From an uncultured delta proteobacterium (lineage in GTDB: Bacteria; Desulfobacterota; Binatia; Binatales; Binataceae): 64,000 nucleotides of DNA. Positions 28,680 to 38,654 of this stretch are shown here, one piece after another. The stretch's first letter is position 1. Each line of letters starts with the position of its first letter. Location: NCBI GenBank assembly GCA_963717045.1, contig CAVQVD010000015.1, positions 687,747 through 751,746 of the forward strand, given 5' to 3'. The translations under genes and the position numbers were made by a program. The notes under the pieces were generated by a model that was not told where the DNA came from, made no database searches, and saw nothing but the letters and a program-made list of their open reading frames with translations.

Positions 28680-30314
28680 ATGGGCGAGCGTGGAGCACCG
28701 GTCTCACTAGCAGTCGCATCTATCGCGATTTCGTTCTTGAGCGTGATTTCATTTTTAAGTTTGACGGGCGTGGCGGAAGCGCAGCAGAAGAACAACAACA
28801 CGCTGCTGGTATGCACGGCGTGTCATATACCCAAGGACGGCAAGCTGGATTCGATCGAATCGGTGCGGATGACACCCGAGGGCTGGCGGATGACGCTCAG
28901 CCGAATGATTCGCAATCACGGTCTGCAGCTCAAAGAGGACGAGGCTCACAATATTCTCAAGTACCTCAGCGACAATTACGGTTTGGCGCCCTCCGAGATC
29001 GCTCCGTACGAATATGCGCTTGAACAGCGCAACAGCACCTTGCAGGACTTCGATCGGGCGGGTTTGCCGCCCAACGTGATGGGCGCTTGCGTGCAGTGTC
29101 ATTCGTTCGCGCGGATCGCCCTGCAGCGGCGGACGCCGGAGATGTGGAAGCGGCTGCCCGACCTGCATGAGTACTTCGTGCCGTTCGTGGCTTCCGACAC
29201 GTCCTCGGCGGGCAATCTTATCGACCCGTGGCGCAAGGTGGCGACCGGAGAGGCGGTGCCATACTTAGCCAAGCGCTTCCCGTTCGAGGCGCCTGCGTGG
29301 AAGGAATGGCAGGCGGCAGCGAGGCCGGATTATTCGGGGAAATGGATGGTGGTGGGGCACGACCCGGCCAAGGGCGGCGACTATACCGGAGTGCTCACGG
29401 TGACCTCGTCGGGTGACGATCAGTATCGCGGCAAGTTCACCCATGAGTTCGAGGATGGCTCCTCGGTGACGGGCAGCACGGAGGCGGTGCTGTACGCGAA
29501 GTTCGAGTGGCGCGGGCGGGCCAAGGTGGGGGACCGGCAGGAAGCAGAGATTTTCTTCGGGAACGAGAACGGCACCCGGATGCACGGGCGGCGCCTGCTG
29601 ACGCCGGTGGGCGATCTTGGGATGGACGAGACCCTGTACAAGGCTGGGAGCGCAGCCACGCTGCTGACCGCCATCCCCAAGTCGATCCAAGCCGGACAGA
29701 CGGTCAAGGTGCGGCTGTTCGGGATGCATCTGCCCGCCAGCGTGAGCGCGGACGCGATTAGCTTTGGCGATGGCCTAAGGGTGAAATCGGTCAGCCAGTC
29801 CGATGACAACACGGTGGTCGCCGAGGTGGAGGCCGACGCCAACGCCAAGCCAGGACCGCGCAGTGCGAAGATCGCAGGAGTCGAGGGCGAGCAGCCGATT
29901 TACCTGTACAAAACCGTGGATTACATCAGCATTACGCCCGAACGGGGCTATGGGCGGCCGGGCGGGACGCGTGGCCCCAAGGTCAACCAGCAATTCGAGG
30001 CGAGCGCGTTCACCCATGGGCCGGATGGCAAGCCGGTCAACATCGGGCGGGTCGGCCCGCTGACCTGGGACGTGGCGGAGCGGGTGAGCAGAATCGGCGA
30101 CGACGACGTGCTGTACGTCGGGAAGGTCAATCCATACGGAACATTTATTGCCGCCTCCGACGGACCTAACCCGGAGCGCGAGCATAGCGAATCCAACGTG
30201 GGCGACGTGTGGGTCGAAGCATGGTACAAGCCCGACCCGTCGAAGCCGCCGATGGGCGCGCGGGCCTTCATGCTGTTGATGCCGCCGAAGTTCGTGTTCA
30301 ATCCAATAAATTGA
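28680..30314 (+). CDS. qhpA: quinohemoprotein amine dehydrogenase alpha subunit (dihaem cytochrome c)
   Basis: Signal peptide, two CxxCH haem motifs (CTACH, CVQCH) in N-terminal domain, about 540 aa. Confidence 0.8.
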   Translation: MGERGAPVSLAVASIAISFLSVISFLSLTGVAEAQQKNNNTLLVCTACHIPKDGKLDSIESVRMTPEGWRMTLSRMIRNHGLQLKEDEAHNILKYLSDNYGLAPSEIAPYEYALEQRNSTLQDFDRAGLPPNVMGACVQCHSFARIALQRRTPEMWKRLPDLHEYFVPFVASDTSSAGNLIDPWRKVATGEAVPYLAKRFPFEAPAWKEWQAAARPDYSGKWMVVGHDPAKGGDYTGVLTVTSSGDDQYRGKFTHEFEDGSSVTGSTEAVLYAKFEWRGRAKVGDRQEAEIFFGNENGTRMHGRRLLTPVGDLGMDETLYKAGSAATLLTAIPKSIQAGQTVKVRLFGMHLPASVSADAISFGDGLRVKSVSQSDDNTVVAEVEADANAKPGPRSAKIAGVEGEQPIYLYKTVDYISITPERGYGRPGGTRGPKVNQQFEASAFTHGPDGKPVNIGRVGPLTWDVAERVSRIGDDDVLYVGKVNPYGTFIAASDGPNPEREHSESNVGDVWVEAWYKPDPSKPPMGARAFMLLMPPKFVFNPIN

Positions 30315-30330
30315 TACGCTGTTTTTTGAG

Positions 30331-31821
30331 GTGCAACCTGTGCTACCTGACGAACTGGAATTCCGGCCCGAGAACGCTCATGTGGTCAATCACAGCGGAA
30401 TGACCGTGCTGGTGGCCGCGAAGACCATGTCGTTGTTCACGATGGATCCGCTGTCGGAAGCTGTGCTGCAGTACTGCGAGAGCAAGCGGCGGTTCACGCT
30501 GGAAGATGTCGTCAAGCAACTCGCACAACCCGCTGGCGAGTTCGTCGGCGAAGACGTGGCGCACGTGGTGCGGGAATTCATGAACGTGGACGTGCTGATG
30601 GGTGGACAGAACAGCGCCCCAACCGCGCTCCCGTTCGTGGACACGGAAAAGTTTCCGCTAAGTTCCCTGGTGCTCAACGTCACCAATAAGTGCAACCTGC
30701 ACTGCACCTACTGCTACGAGCCGGACGGAGCCAAGTACGGCCCGGCGCCAGTGCGGATGGAATGGGAGACGGCGCGCTCGAGCGTGGACTTTCTGTTCGA
30801 GAAGGCGGGGCGAAACCGCGAGGTCAATATCGTTTTCTTCGGCGGCGAGGCGCTGCTCAATTTCAAGCTGATGAAGCAGGTGGTCGATTACGCCGAAAAT
30901 AAGAGCGTGGCGGTGGGCAAGAAGGTAGACTTTTCGATCACCACCAACGGGACGCTGCTGGTTGACGAGATAATCGACTTTCTGCAGGAGCATCGCTTCG
31001 GCGTGACGATCAGTATCGACGGGCCCAAGGAGATTCATGACCGCCGCCGCTTCTTTCTCAGCCACGCCGGCGAGAAGAAAGGCTCGTACGACCAGATCAT
31101 GAGCCGCGTCGAACGCTTGCTCGAGCGCTACACGGCGCGCCCGATCGTGGCCCGGGTCACAGTGACCAAGGGCGCGGTCGAAATCGTTCGGATTTACGAA
31201 CACCTGAGCGGCCTGGGATTCTTCGAGGTCGGGTTCTCGCCGGTGACCGCGAAGCCGGGACTTGATTACGGCCTCGAAGCGGCCGACCTGCGCGAGGTGC
31301 TGGCCGGGTTCAAGGAACTCGGCGGGCGCTACGTGGAGCGGGCGATCGGCGGTCAGTACACAGGCTTCTCGAACCTGAGCACGATGCTGACCGACCTGCA
31401 TCTTGGGACCAACAAGATGTTCCCGTGCGGCGCGGGCCTGGGGCTTCTCGACGTCGACGGCAACGGCGACGTATACCTGTGTCATCGGTTCCCCGGGGTC
31501 GAGGAACATAAGTACGGCAATGTGAAGCAAGGTGGAATCGAATACGGACGTCTAACCGAATTCGTCAACAGCGTGCAGGTGGGCAACAAGCCAGTGTGCC
31601 AGACCTGCTGGATTCGCGGAATCTGCGGGGGTGGATGTTATCACGAGGCACTGCAGGAGTTCGGTGAAGCGGCGCTGCCCAATTTGCACTATTGCGTATT
31701 TCTGCGCGAGTGGACTGAGTATGGGATCGGGGTGTTTACCGAACTCGAGCAGAAGAACCCGGGCTTTGTCGAAAAATATATCGTGCGAAGCCGTGGAGAT
31801 GTGCCCAAGGAACTGAGTTGA
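30331..31821 (+). CDS. qhpD: radical SAM/SPASM maturase for QHNDH gamma subunit
   Basis: CNLHCTYCY radical-SAM motif plus C-terminal SPASM Cys cluster (CQTCWIRGICGGGCYHE). Confidence 0.85.
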   Translation: MQPVLPDELEFRPENAHVVNHSGMTVLVAAKTMSLFTMDPLSEAVLQYCESKRRFTLEDVVKQLAQPAGEFVGEDVAHVVREFMNVDVLMGGQNSAPTALPFVDTEKFPLSSLVLNVTNKCNLHCTYCYEPDGAKYGPAPVRMEWETARSSVDFLFEKAGRNREVNIVFFGGEALLNFKLMKQVVDYAENKSVAVGKKVDFSITTNGTLLVDEIIDFLQEHRFGVTISIDGPKEIHDRRRFFLSHAGEKKGSYDQIMSRVERLLERYTARPIVARVTVTKGAVEIVRIYEHLSGLGFFEVGFSPVTAKPGLDYGLEAADLREVLAGFKELGGRYVERAIGGQYTGFSNLSTMLTDLHLGTNKMFPCGAGLGLLDVDGNGDVYLCHRFPGVEEHKYGNVKQGGIEYGRLTEFVNSVQVGNKPVCQTCWIRGICGGGCYHEALQEFGEAALPNLHYCVFLREWTEYGIGVFTELEQKNPGFVEKYIVRSRGDVPKELS

Positions 31822-31892
31822 TCGGGAACTGAGTTGCTGCCACCGGGCGCAGAATCCCGCGCCGTGCTCTGGACCCGTAACAGGAGGAGAAC

Positions 31893-32210
31893 ATGAAACA
31901 CTTGAAGGCGGCGAACAAGAAGGCCCGTGCGGTTGAAGCAATTCGCACGGGGGGAGACGTGGTCGGGATGGTGCAGCCGATGGGCTGTACCACGATTTTC
32001 AATCCCGGCTGGGAAGCCGACCCTTGGGGTGGCGCGCATGCGATGTGCAGTCCCACGGAAGCCGATCTGGCGGGATGCTCGGGCGTGTGCTGGTGGCCGG
32101 CACAAGTGCCGGACAGCCTGCAGAACTATCCTGAATGGGCAAAGGGCTGCTCCGGTGTGAACATGGAAGACTGGAGAAGCCTGAACGTGGAGTTCCCCAA
32201 AGTTAAGTAG
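31893..32210 (+). CDS. qhpC: quinohemoprotein amine dehydrogenase gamma subunit (CTQ and thioether-crosslinked peptide) with leader
   Basis: Numbering from Met25, Cys7/Glu16, Cys27/Asp33, Cys37/Trp43 and Cys41/Asp49 fall exactly at published QhpC crosslink/CTQ positions; CSGVCWWPAQV. Confidence 0.8.
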   Translation: MKHLKAANKKARAVEAIRTGGDVVGMVQPMGCTTIFNPGWEADPWGGAHAMCSPTEADLAGCSGVCWWPAQVPDSLQNYPEWAKGCSGVNMEDWRSLNVEFPKVK

Positions 32211-32365
32211 AGACGAACGCCTCGGCCGCCGCTGGCCGAGCAACTACATTGGCTTGTCGAGGGGCGTCGGCCTTGCATGCAAGGTGCGCGAGCCAGTCGC
32301 TTCGTCGCGGCCGCGCGCTCAAAGGGTGATCAGGTAGGCTGCAAGGCGAGTCGCAAAGGATTGTC

Positions 32366-33517
32366 ATGACCAACAAGAATGGTTGGCAGCTACGTCTGTA
32401 CGGTTCGTGGATTTTTGGACTCGCGCTGATGATGTGGGCGGGCACTGCGTCGGCCAAATGGTACATGGTCGTGGGGACGCTGCCCAACCTCATTCAGGTC
32501 GTCGACACCACGACTGACAAAGTTGTCAGGACTATTCCGTTGGAGGGTCCCGGGCCGATTCTGCAGGTCTCGACCGATTCTGCGACGCCGCGGTATGCCT
32601 ACGCGACGACCAACCTGGACCAAGCCGTCGCCGTAGTTGACCTGGAACAGGGTAAGCAGGTCGCGACCTACAAGCTGTCGAGCGATACCGAGACCGTACG
32701 GGTTTCGGCTACCAACCTTAATCCCAAGGGCGACAGGTTGTACATAAGCGAGCTGCCGCTCAAGGTGACCCCGGGCCGCTATCAGCACGAAGAGCAGCGC
32801 TTCGTGGTTTACGACACTGCGACCAACAAGGAAGTAAAGTCCTTTCCGGCGCCGGCGCAGACCCTATCGTTCGCATTCTCGCCTGATGGCAAACGGCTCT
32901 ACGCTTTCTGCGTTGGGCAGGACGTGATGGTGCTCGACGCGAACGACGGCCACGTGCTGGGCACGATTCCGCTCGCCCATCGCAATATCACGGGCATCCG
33001 CGCAACGTATGGGCTGCCCCTCCTGGCGAATTACCAGGAGCAGAATTACCTGATCACTTTCGCGATTATCGTCGAGGATTCAATAACCGATACCGACACG
33101 CTGGCGGTTGGCCTGCTCGACCTCAAGCAGCAGCAGCCGGCGCTGCAGATTATCGAGACCGAACCCTTCGTCGAGAACTGGTATTCGGTCGAAGGCATCG
33201 CCACCCCGCCCAACCTGCACAAGGCGTATTTCGTATGGAACGATCTCTGGAAAATCGATTACCAGACCAAGAAGCGGGAAAAAGCAGTCTCTCTTCCCAA
33301 TAGCCAAGCGGTGCCGCTGCTCTCGCCCGACGGCAAGAAGGTGTATTGCGGCGGCCAGTGGCATGCTCTCTTTGTTTACGATGCCAACACGCTCAATCAC
33401 ATCGACGACGTCGAACTCGGCCATTCGATGGCCGGGATCGGGATGCGGTTCGTGCAGAACGATAAAGATCTGGCGGCACCCGGATCCACCAGCCAGGATC
33501 CGCAAAGCTCACAATAG
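32366..33517 (+). CDS. qhpB: quinohemoprotein amine dehydrogenase beta subunit (seven-bladed beta-propeller)
   Basis: Signal peptide, 383 aa, YVTN-like propeller repeats, position in qhp operon. Confidence 0.7.
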   Translation: MTNKNGWQLRLYGSWIFGLALMMWAGTASAKWYMVVGTLPNLIQVVDTTTDKVVRTIPLEGPGPILQVSTDSATPRYAYATTNLDQAVAVVDLEQGKQVATYKLSSDTETVRVSATNLNPKGDRLYISELPLKVTPGRYQHEEQRFVVYDTATNKEVKSFPAPAQTLSFAFSPDGKRLYAFCVGQDVMVLDANDGHVLGTIPLAHRNITGIRATYGLPLLANYQEQNYLITFAIIVEDSITDTDTLAVGLLDLKQQQPALQIIETEPFVENWYSVEGIATPPNLHKAYFVWNDLWKIDYQTKKREKAVSLPNSQAVPLLSPDGKKVYCGGQWHALFVYDANTLNHIDDVELGHSMAGIGMRFVQNDKDLAAPGSTSQDPQSSQ

Positions 33518-33571
33518 TAAGTCAGGTTTGCGAGCGGATATCTGTTAACCGCATCCGCGAAAATTTAACTG

Positions 33572-34357
33572 GTGAGGAAGCCAACCGGCCGCCGTCTCCG
33601 TATCGCGGCCACGTCGCCGGAATTCGATCCCGAATCATTAGGCGCGCGCACGGGCGCGGGCGTTCGCGTCGCGCTCATCGATAGCGGGATCAACTCCGCC
33701 CATTCACACGTTGGTCCGCTCGCTGGCGGAGTAGCTTTTAGCGCCGGCTCTAACAGCAAGGTGCTGCAGAGCTCTGATTTTAACGACACTCTGGGACACG
33801 GTACCGCGCTGGCCGGAATTCTGAAATTCAAAGCGCCCGAGGCGACATTGTTCGCCGTGAAGGTTTTCACAGACCGCCTGGTGACGTCGATCGAAATTCT
33901 CGAAGCGGCACTCGGCTGGGCGATAGAGCAGAAGATGCACGTGATCAATCTGAGTCTAGGGACCGACAACCCCGCGCATCGTGCGCGGATGGCAAAGATA
34001 GCGGCGAGGGCCAAGCGCGCCGGAACGTTGATCGCCGCCTCGTCTCCACCCGGACGGTCAGACATGCTTCCCGCGGCCCTCGACGGCGTCTTCGGTGTGG
34101 CAGCGAGTGACGATTGTTCGTGGAGCGAGTACCGATACGTCCCGGACGACCCGATTCATTTCAGGGCTCACCCGTCGCCGCGCCCGTTGCCCGGCCTGGA
34201 CCAGTCGCGCAACTATCGCGGGCACAGCTTTGCCTCGGCGCATCTGAGCGCTTTGCTGGCGCTGCTGATTGAGGATCGCCCGGAGTTGGGATTCGCGAAC
34301 GCTCGCGAGCGCTTGTTGAAATGTACCGGACTGCCGCTGCCGTTGAAGAATCCTTGA
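33572..34357 (+). CDS. qhpE: subtilisin-like S8 serine peptidase (QhpC leader peptidase)
   Basis: Catalytic triad blocks ALIDSGI, HGTALAGI, GHSFASAH; GTG start. Confidence 0.8.
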   Translation: MRKPTGRRLRIAATSPEFDPESLGARTGAGVRVALIDSGINSAHSHVGPLAGGVAFSAGSNSKVLQSSDFNDTLGHGTALAGILKFKAPEATLFAVKVFTDRLVTSIEILEAALGWAIEQKMHVINLSLGTDNPAHRARMAKIAARAKRAGTLIAASSPPGRSDMLPAALDGVFGVAASDDCSWSEYRYVPDDPIHFRAHPSPRPLPGLDQSRNYRGHSFASAHLSALLALLIEDRPELGFANARERLLKCTGLPLPLKNP

Positions 34358-34399
34358 TGATCGTTCGCGGGAACGCACGCGGCCGTTGCCCCGCTTGTT

Positions 34400-36140
34400 C
34401 TAGGCAACGCGCTCCTGCGCCCGCATTTTCTGCGACACGCCGTCGGGGTGGTCGCCGTAGCTGCCGCTCCACAACACGCGGCCGTTGTCGAGCACCATCA
34501 CGTGATCGTCCTGCCGGATCGAGGACAGCCGATGCGTGATCATTATCACCGTGCGGCCGGGCAGCGCTCGTTCAACAGCGGCCCGGATTTCAGCTTCGCT
34601 GACCACGTCCAGCGCCGAAAGGGCTTCATCAAGGACCAGGATTTTAGGACCCTTGAGTAGCGCACGAGCGATAGAGATGCGCTGCCGTTGGCCGTCGGAG
34701 AGCGTCGCTCCATGCTCGCCGACCGGGTTATCGTAGCCATCGGGCAACGAGCTAATGAAATCGTGGAGTCCGACCGCGCGCGCGGCGGCGATCACCTGCT
34801 CCCGCGAGGCGTCCGGACAGGCATAGCGGAGGTTTTCGATCATCGGCGCGTGAAACACGAAGGCCTGATGTCCGGTCACTACCAGTTGGTTTCTGAGCCA
34901 TGCCAGATCGAGAGTGCGGAGCTCGTGGCCGTCGAGCAGGATCGAGCCGGCCGCCGGGTTCGATCAACCGGGCCATCAGGTCGACGATCGAGGTCTTACC
35001 GGCGCCGCTTGGGCCAACAATTGTGAATCTCCCGCCTGCGGGAATTTTGAAATTCAGGTCGTCGAGAATCGGTACGGCTGGATCATGGCTGAAGGTGACC
35101 CGCCGAAATTCGATCTCTCCGTGAACCTCGGGCAGCCGGAGGGTTCCTGGCGCGCTTTCGTTTTCGGTTGGCAGGTCAAGGAATTCGAAGATACGGTCCA
35201 CGGAGACGCCCGCGCGCTGCAGCCGCAGGTAGAGATCGATCAGCGCCTGTAATGGACTGAACGCGCGCATCTGATAGGCCGAGAATGCCACCAGACTGCC
35301 GATCGTCATGTGCCCTTCGATTACCAAGTATCCGCCGTAAAGCGTCACCAGTGCGGAACCGAGAAATGTGCTGGCGGCAGAAGCGCTGCTGCCCAGATAC
35401 GCGAGCATCTCGAGCCGCGTGACTGAGTTGACGAATGCGACGCCCAGGGCGGAAAGCCGGGCGTGCTGGACTTTTTCGGCTACAAAAAGCTTTACAAATT
35501 TTATTGCCGACAGTGACTCTACCAAAAATGACGAAATTGCCGCGTTGAGTTCGCGGACGGCGCGAGTCTGATTCACGATCAACGGTCGAAACCGCATCAC
35601 TCCGTACAGTTGCAACGGCACCAGCGCCAAGCTGAGTAAAAACAGCTTCCAGTTCAACCACAGGAGAAAACCGGTCGCGGCGAACAGCGTGAAAATGTTT
35701 GCGATAAAATTGAAGCCAGCGTCGGTCAGCATCGCTTGCACTTCAGCGATGTCGGTATTGAGACGCGAAAGAAGGTCGCCGACTTTTGCCCGCACGTGAA
35801 AACGCATCGGCAGCGCTTGCAGATGCTCGAACAGATGCTGGCGTAGATTGAACAGCACCCGCGCCGTTACACTGGTGTAGTAGTAGCGATTGAACGCGCC
35901 GAGCACATAGCTCGCGACGGTAACGGCGATCATTACGCCGGTGAGAATCCAGAGCAGGCGTAGATTGCGGGCCTGAAGGACATCGTCAATCAGAATCTTG
36001 GTGAAAATAGGCCAGAGCAGGCCCAAAATCGTATTCGAGAACGACAACAGAAAAATGATGGCGAGCTTGGAACGAAATCCCGAAAGAAACGGCAGCAGTC
36101 GGCGAACGCGCGAAAGGCTGACTTTGCTGAGCGGCCTCAT
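34400..36140 (-). CDS. qhpF: ABC exporter, fused permease-ATPase (QhpF-like); frame broken by 1-nt indel near 34940-34960 (fragments 34930-36140 and 34400-34879)
   Basis: Six-TM domain then Walker A GPSGAGKTS in one frame; LSDGQRQR signature, Walker B ILVLDEA and H-loop continue in adjacent frame; start chosen at ATG 36140 with GGAG RBS. Confidence 0.7.
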
Positions 36141-36383
36141 TAAGCTCCATTTTTCTCGAGCTATGAGGCGCATTAGTCCATAACCCGAGCCCCGGCGTAA
36201 TCCGACGCCGCATTCGTTCCTGACCATTCGATCATCATCCGAAGCGGCTATCGACTTTCGCGTGCGCAATGATAGTAATCCGCTCGGCAGGAAAGCAAGA
36301 TAAGAGAGAATCAGTAGAAGATCGACTCAAATCAGTAAAGGACTGACCTAGATCGGTAAGGGACTGCTGTCGAATCGAAGCAA

Positions 36384-37121
36384 ATGGAAAGAACCACCGA
36401 TATCGCCAATCCGAAGGACGGCTCCCAACTGATGCTGATTCCCGAGGGTGAATTCCTGATGGGCAGCGATGATGGCTATCCCAGCGAGCGCCCCGCCCAT
36501 CGCGTCTTCGTGAGCCCGTTTTATATCGCCAGAACCCTTGTCACCAACTCCCAATACCGAAGCTTTGTGCTGGAGACCGGATACGCGGCGCCTTACATGG
36601 ATGATCCCCGGGCCGAGTGGGCGAATTGGGATCGGGACAGCAAAAACTTTCCCGCCGGCCGTGAAACGCACCCGGTGGTGCTCGCCTCGTGGATTGATGC
36701 TTCGGCTTACTGCGAATGGGCAGGGACCAGACTGGCTACCGAGGCCGAGTGGGAAAAGGCGGCTCGCGGAGGCTTGGACGGCAAGCTGTTTCCGTGGGGC
36801 GATGAGGAAATCTCCCACGAGCTAGCCAACTACGACAATCAGGACGGTACCACTCCGGTGGGCGTTTATCCGCCAAATGGCTATGGTCTTTACGACATGG
36901 TGGGTAATGCGTGGGAATGGGTGGCCGACTACTATGACCCCAAATACTATTCGCGGTCGCCCATGCGCGATCCCCGCGGACCGGAGCAAGGCTCATCGCG
37001 GGTGCTGCGCGGTGGTTCGTGGCTGCTGTTTGCCCGTTACTGCCGAGTTTCGTACCGATTCAGGAATAGTCCAAACTTCCACGCTAGCTTGATTGGCTTT
37101 CGTGTGGCTCGGTCGCTATGA
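36384..37121 (+). CDS. formylglycine-generating enzyme (FGE/SUMF1) family protein
   Basis: LMLIPEGEFLMGSDD, YCEWAG, MVGNAWEWVADYY, RVLRGGSW blocks typical of FGE domain. Confidence 0.8.
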   Translation: MERTTDIANPKDGSQLMLIPEGEFLMGSDDGYPSERPAHRVFVSPFYIARTLVTNSQYRSFVLETGYAAPYMDDPRAEWANWDRDSKNFPAGRETHPVVLASWIDASAYCEWAGTRLATEAEWEKAARGGLDGKLFPWGDEEISHELANYDNQDGTTPVGVYPPNGYGLYDMVGNAWEWVADYYDPKYYSRSPMRDPRGPEQGSSRVLRGGSWLLFARYCRVSYRFRNSPNFHASLIGFRVARSL

Positions 37122-38556
37122 GAGCGCCTTCTCGGTAGAGCCGGACCAGGGCCGCACGCACCATGCCGGAATCCGCGCGGGTTCCCTCGCGTCGCTTCAG
37201 ATAGCCCGCCACGATATCGGTTATCGCGGGCTTCTTTTTGATCTCCTTGAGCAGAGCCGGTACGCATACGTTGTGAAGGAATCGAAGACCCCGCGTGTTA
37301 CTGTCGCTCACGAAAACCTCACGGGTTTTCACGCGCGGCCATTCGAGCACTGGGCGCCGCTCGATCCTGACGTCCGAGGCGAGGCGTACGTGCGAAACCT
37401 CGGTAGGTGGCTTGAGCGTCGCTCCGTTGGCCGGCGCGCGCGAGAGCGAAGCCAGCAGGCCGCTGCGCTTCTGCCAGAAAACGGAATCCGGCCATCGCCG
37501 TTCCTGGTCGTAGTATTCGGCGGATTGGCGATAGTGCGTCGAGTAAGCATTGCTCTGTGCGTCGCGATAGAAGCTAAGAGCGCTTGCGGATGACGCCGGG
37601 CTGCTCAGGCTAGTGTTTATCACCGCGGCCCCGGTGATTGCCGACGCCATCGCTGTCTGCACGCCCTCTGAAGAGAGCGGATCGATGAATAGTCCGGCGT
37701 CGCCCAAAAGCAGAAAGCGCTCGCCGGCGAACTGACGAGCGGTATACAAGGTCGCGTCCGAAACCCGGAGCGGGTGCGGTAGGCTGGCGGTCGCAAGAAA
37801 TTTCGAGACGTATGAAAGCCTGTCTATTTCGGACAGATAGAAAGCCCCGAGTCCGAGTTCCCGAATGCGCCGGCCCTCGCTCCAATCGACCAGCAGAGTG
37901 ACGTTGCGCAGCCCGTTCTGCAGCGGGACCGACCATACCACGCCGTTCTCATACGCTTCGAGTAGAGTGTTGCCGAAATCATCGCCCGCGGGCGCCGCGG
38001 CGTCGCGCCAGTAGCCGGTTACCGCAAGCGTTTGGAAGTCCGGGTCGCGTTGGCGAAAATCCTGACGCGCGAGAATTCCGGCATGACCGCTTGCATCGAC
38101 AAAAAATCGCCCCCTGATCGGGGCCTCGCGCGCGGTATGCACCGTCACGCCACGCCTATCGATGCGGACGCCATTGACGCCCGCGCCGAGCCTGACCTCC
38201 ACTTTTTTCTGGCGACGCGCATTCTCCAGCAACAGCATATCGAAGGTCTCGCGCCAGACCTGGAAGCCCATTCTGGATTTGTCTGCGCTGTAGTAACCGG
38301 TGCGCGGCTCGGGAGTGCCCCAGCACACGGTGTGGCCGGCCATTCGGAGGAACCCGCCGCTCTCCACCGTTTGGCGCAACCTGAGAAAATCCAGGACCGA
38401 AAGGATGCTGGGGGTCAGCGATTCACCGATTCGGTAGCGGGGAAATTTGCTTTTGTCCAGCAGCAGGACCCGAAAGCCGAGCCCAGCCAGCAGATAGCCG
38501 GCGGTGCTGCCAGCCGGACCTGCGCCGGCGATTACAACGTCGGGGTTTGTGGCCAC
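37084..38556 (-). CDS. qhpG: FAD-dependent monooxygenase of tryptophan-halogenase-like fold (QhpG-like)
   Basis: VVIAGAGPAGSTAGYLLA GxGxxG motif, about 490 aa, adjacent to qhp genes. Confidence 0.7.
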   Translation of the reverse strand: MATNPDVVIAGAGPAGSTAGYLLAGLGFRVLLLDKSKFPRYRIGESLTPSILSVLDFLRLRQTVESGGFLRMAGHTVCWGTPEPRTGYYSADKSRMGFQVWRETFDMLLLENARRQKKVEVRLGAGVNGVRIDRRGVTVHTAREAPIRGRFFVDASGHAGILARQDFRQRDPDFQTLAVTGYWRDAAAPAGDDFGNTLLEAYENGVVWSVPLQNGLRNVTLLVDWSEGRRIRELGLGAFYLSEIDRLSYVSKFLATASLPHPLRVSDATLYTARQFAGERFLLLGDAGLFIDPLSSEGVQTAMASAITGAAVINTSLSSPASSASALSFYRDAQSNAYSTHYRQSAEYYDQERRWPDSVFWQKRSGLLASLSRAPANGATLKPPTEVSHVRLASDVRIERRPVLEWPRVKTREVFVSDSNTRGLRFLHNVCVPALLKEIKKKPAITDIVAGYLKRREGTRADSGMVRAALVRLYREGALIATEPHESQSS

Positions 38557-38654
38557 TCGGCGATCTTATGCATTCATGAATGGGCGCCGCAAAGGGCTTG
38601 GCGCGCTTACGATCCGCGGCCGCGAACGCGTCCACGTGGATCGCGTTCAACCGC

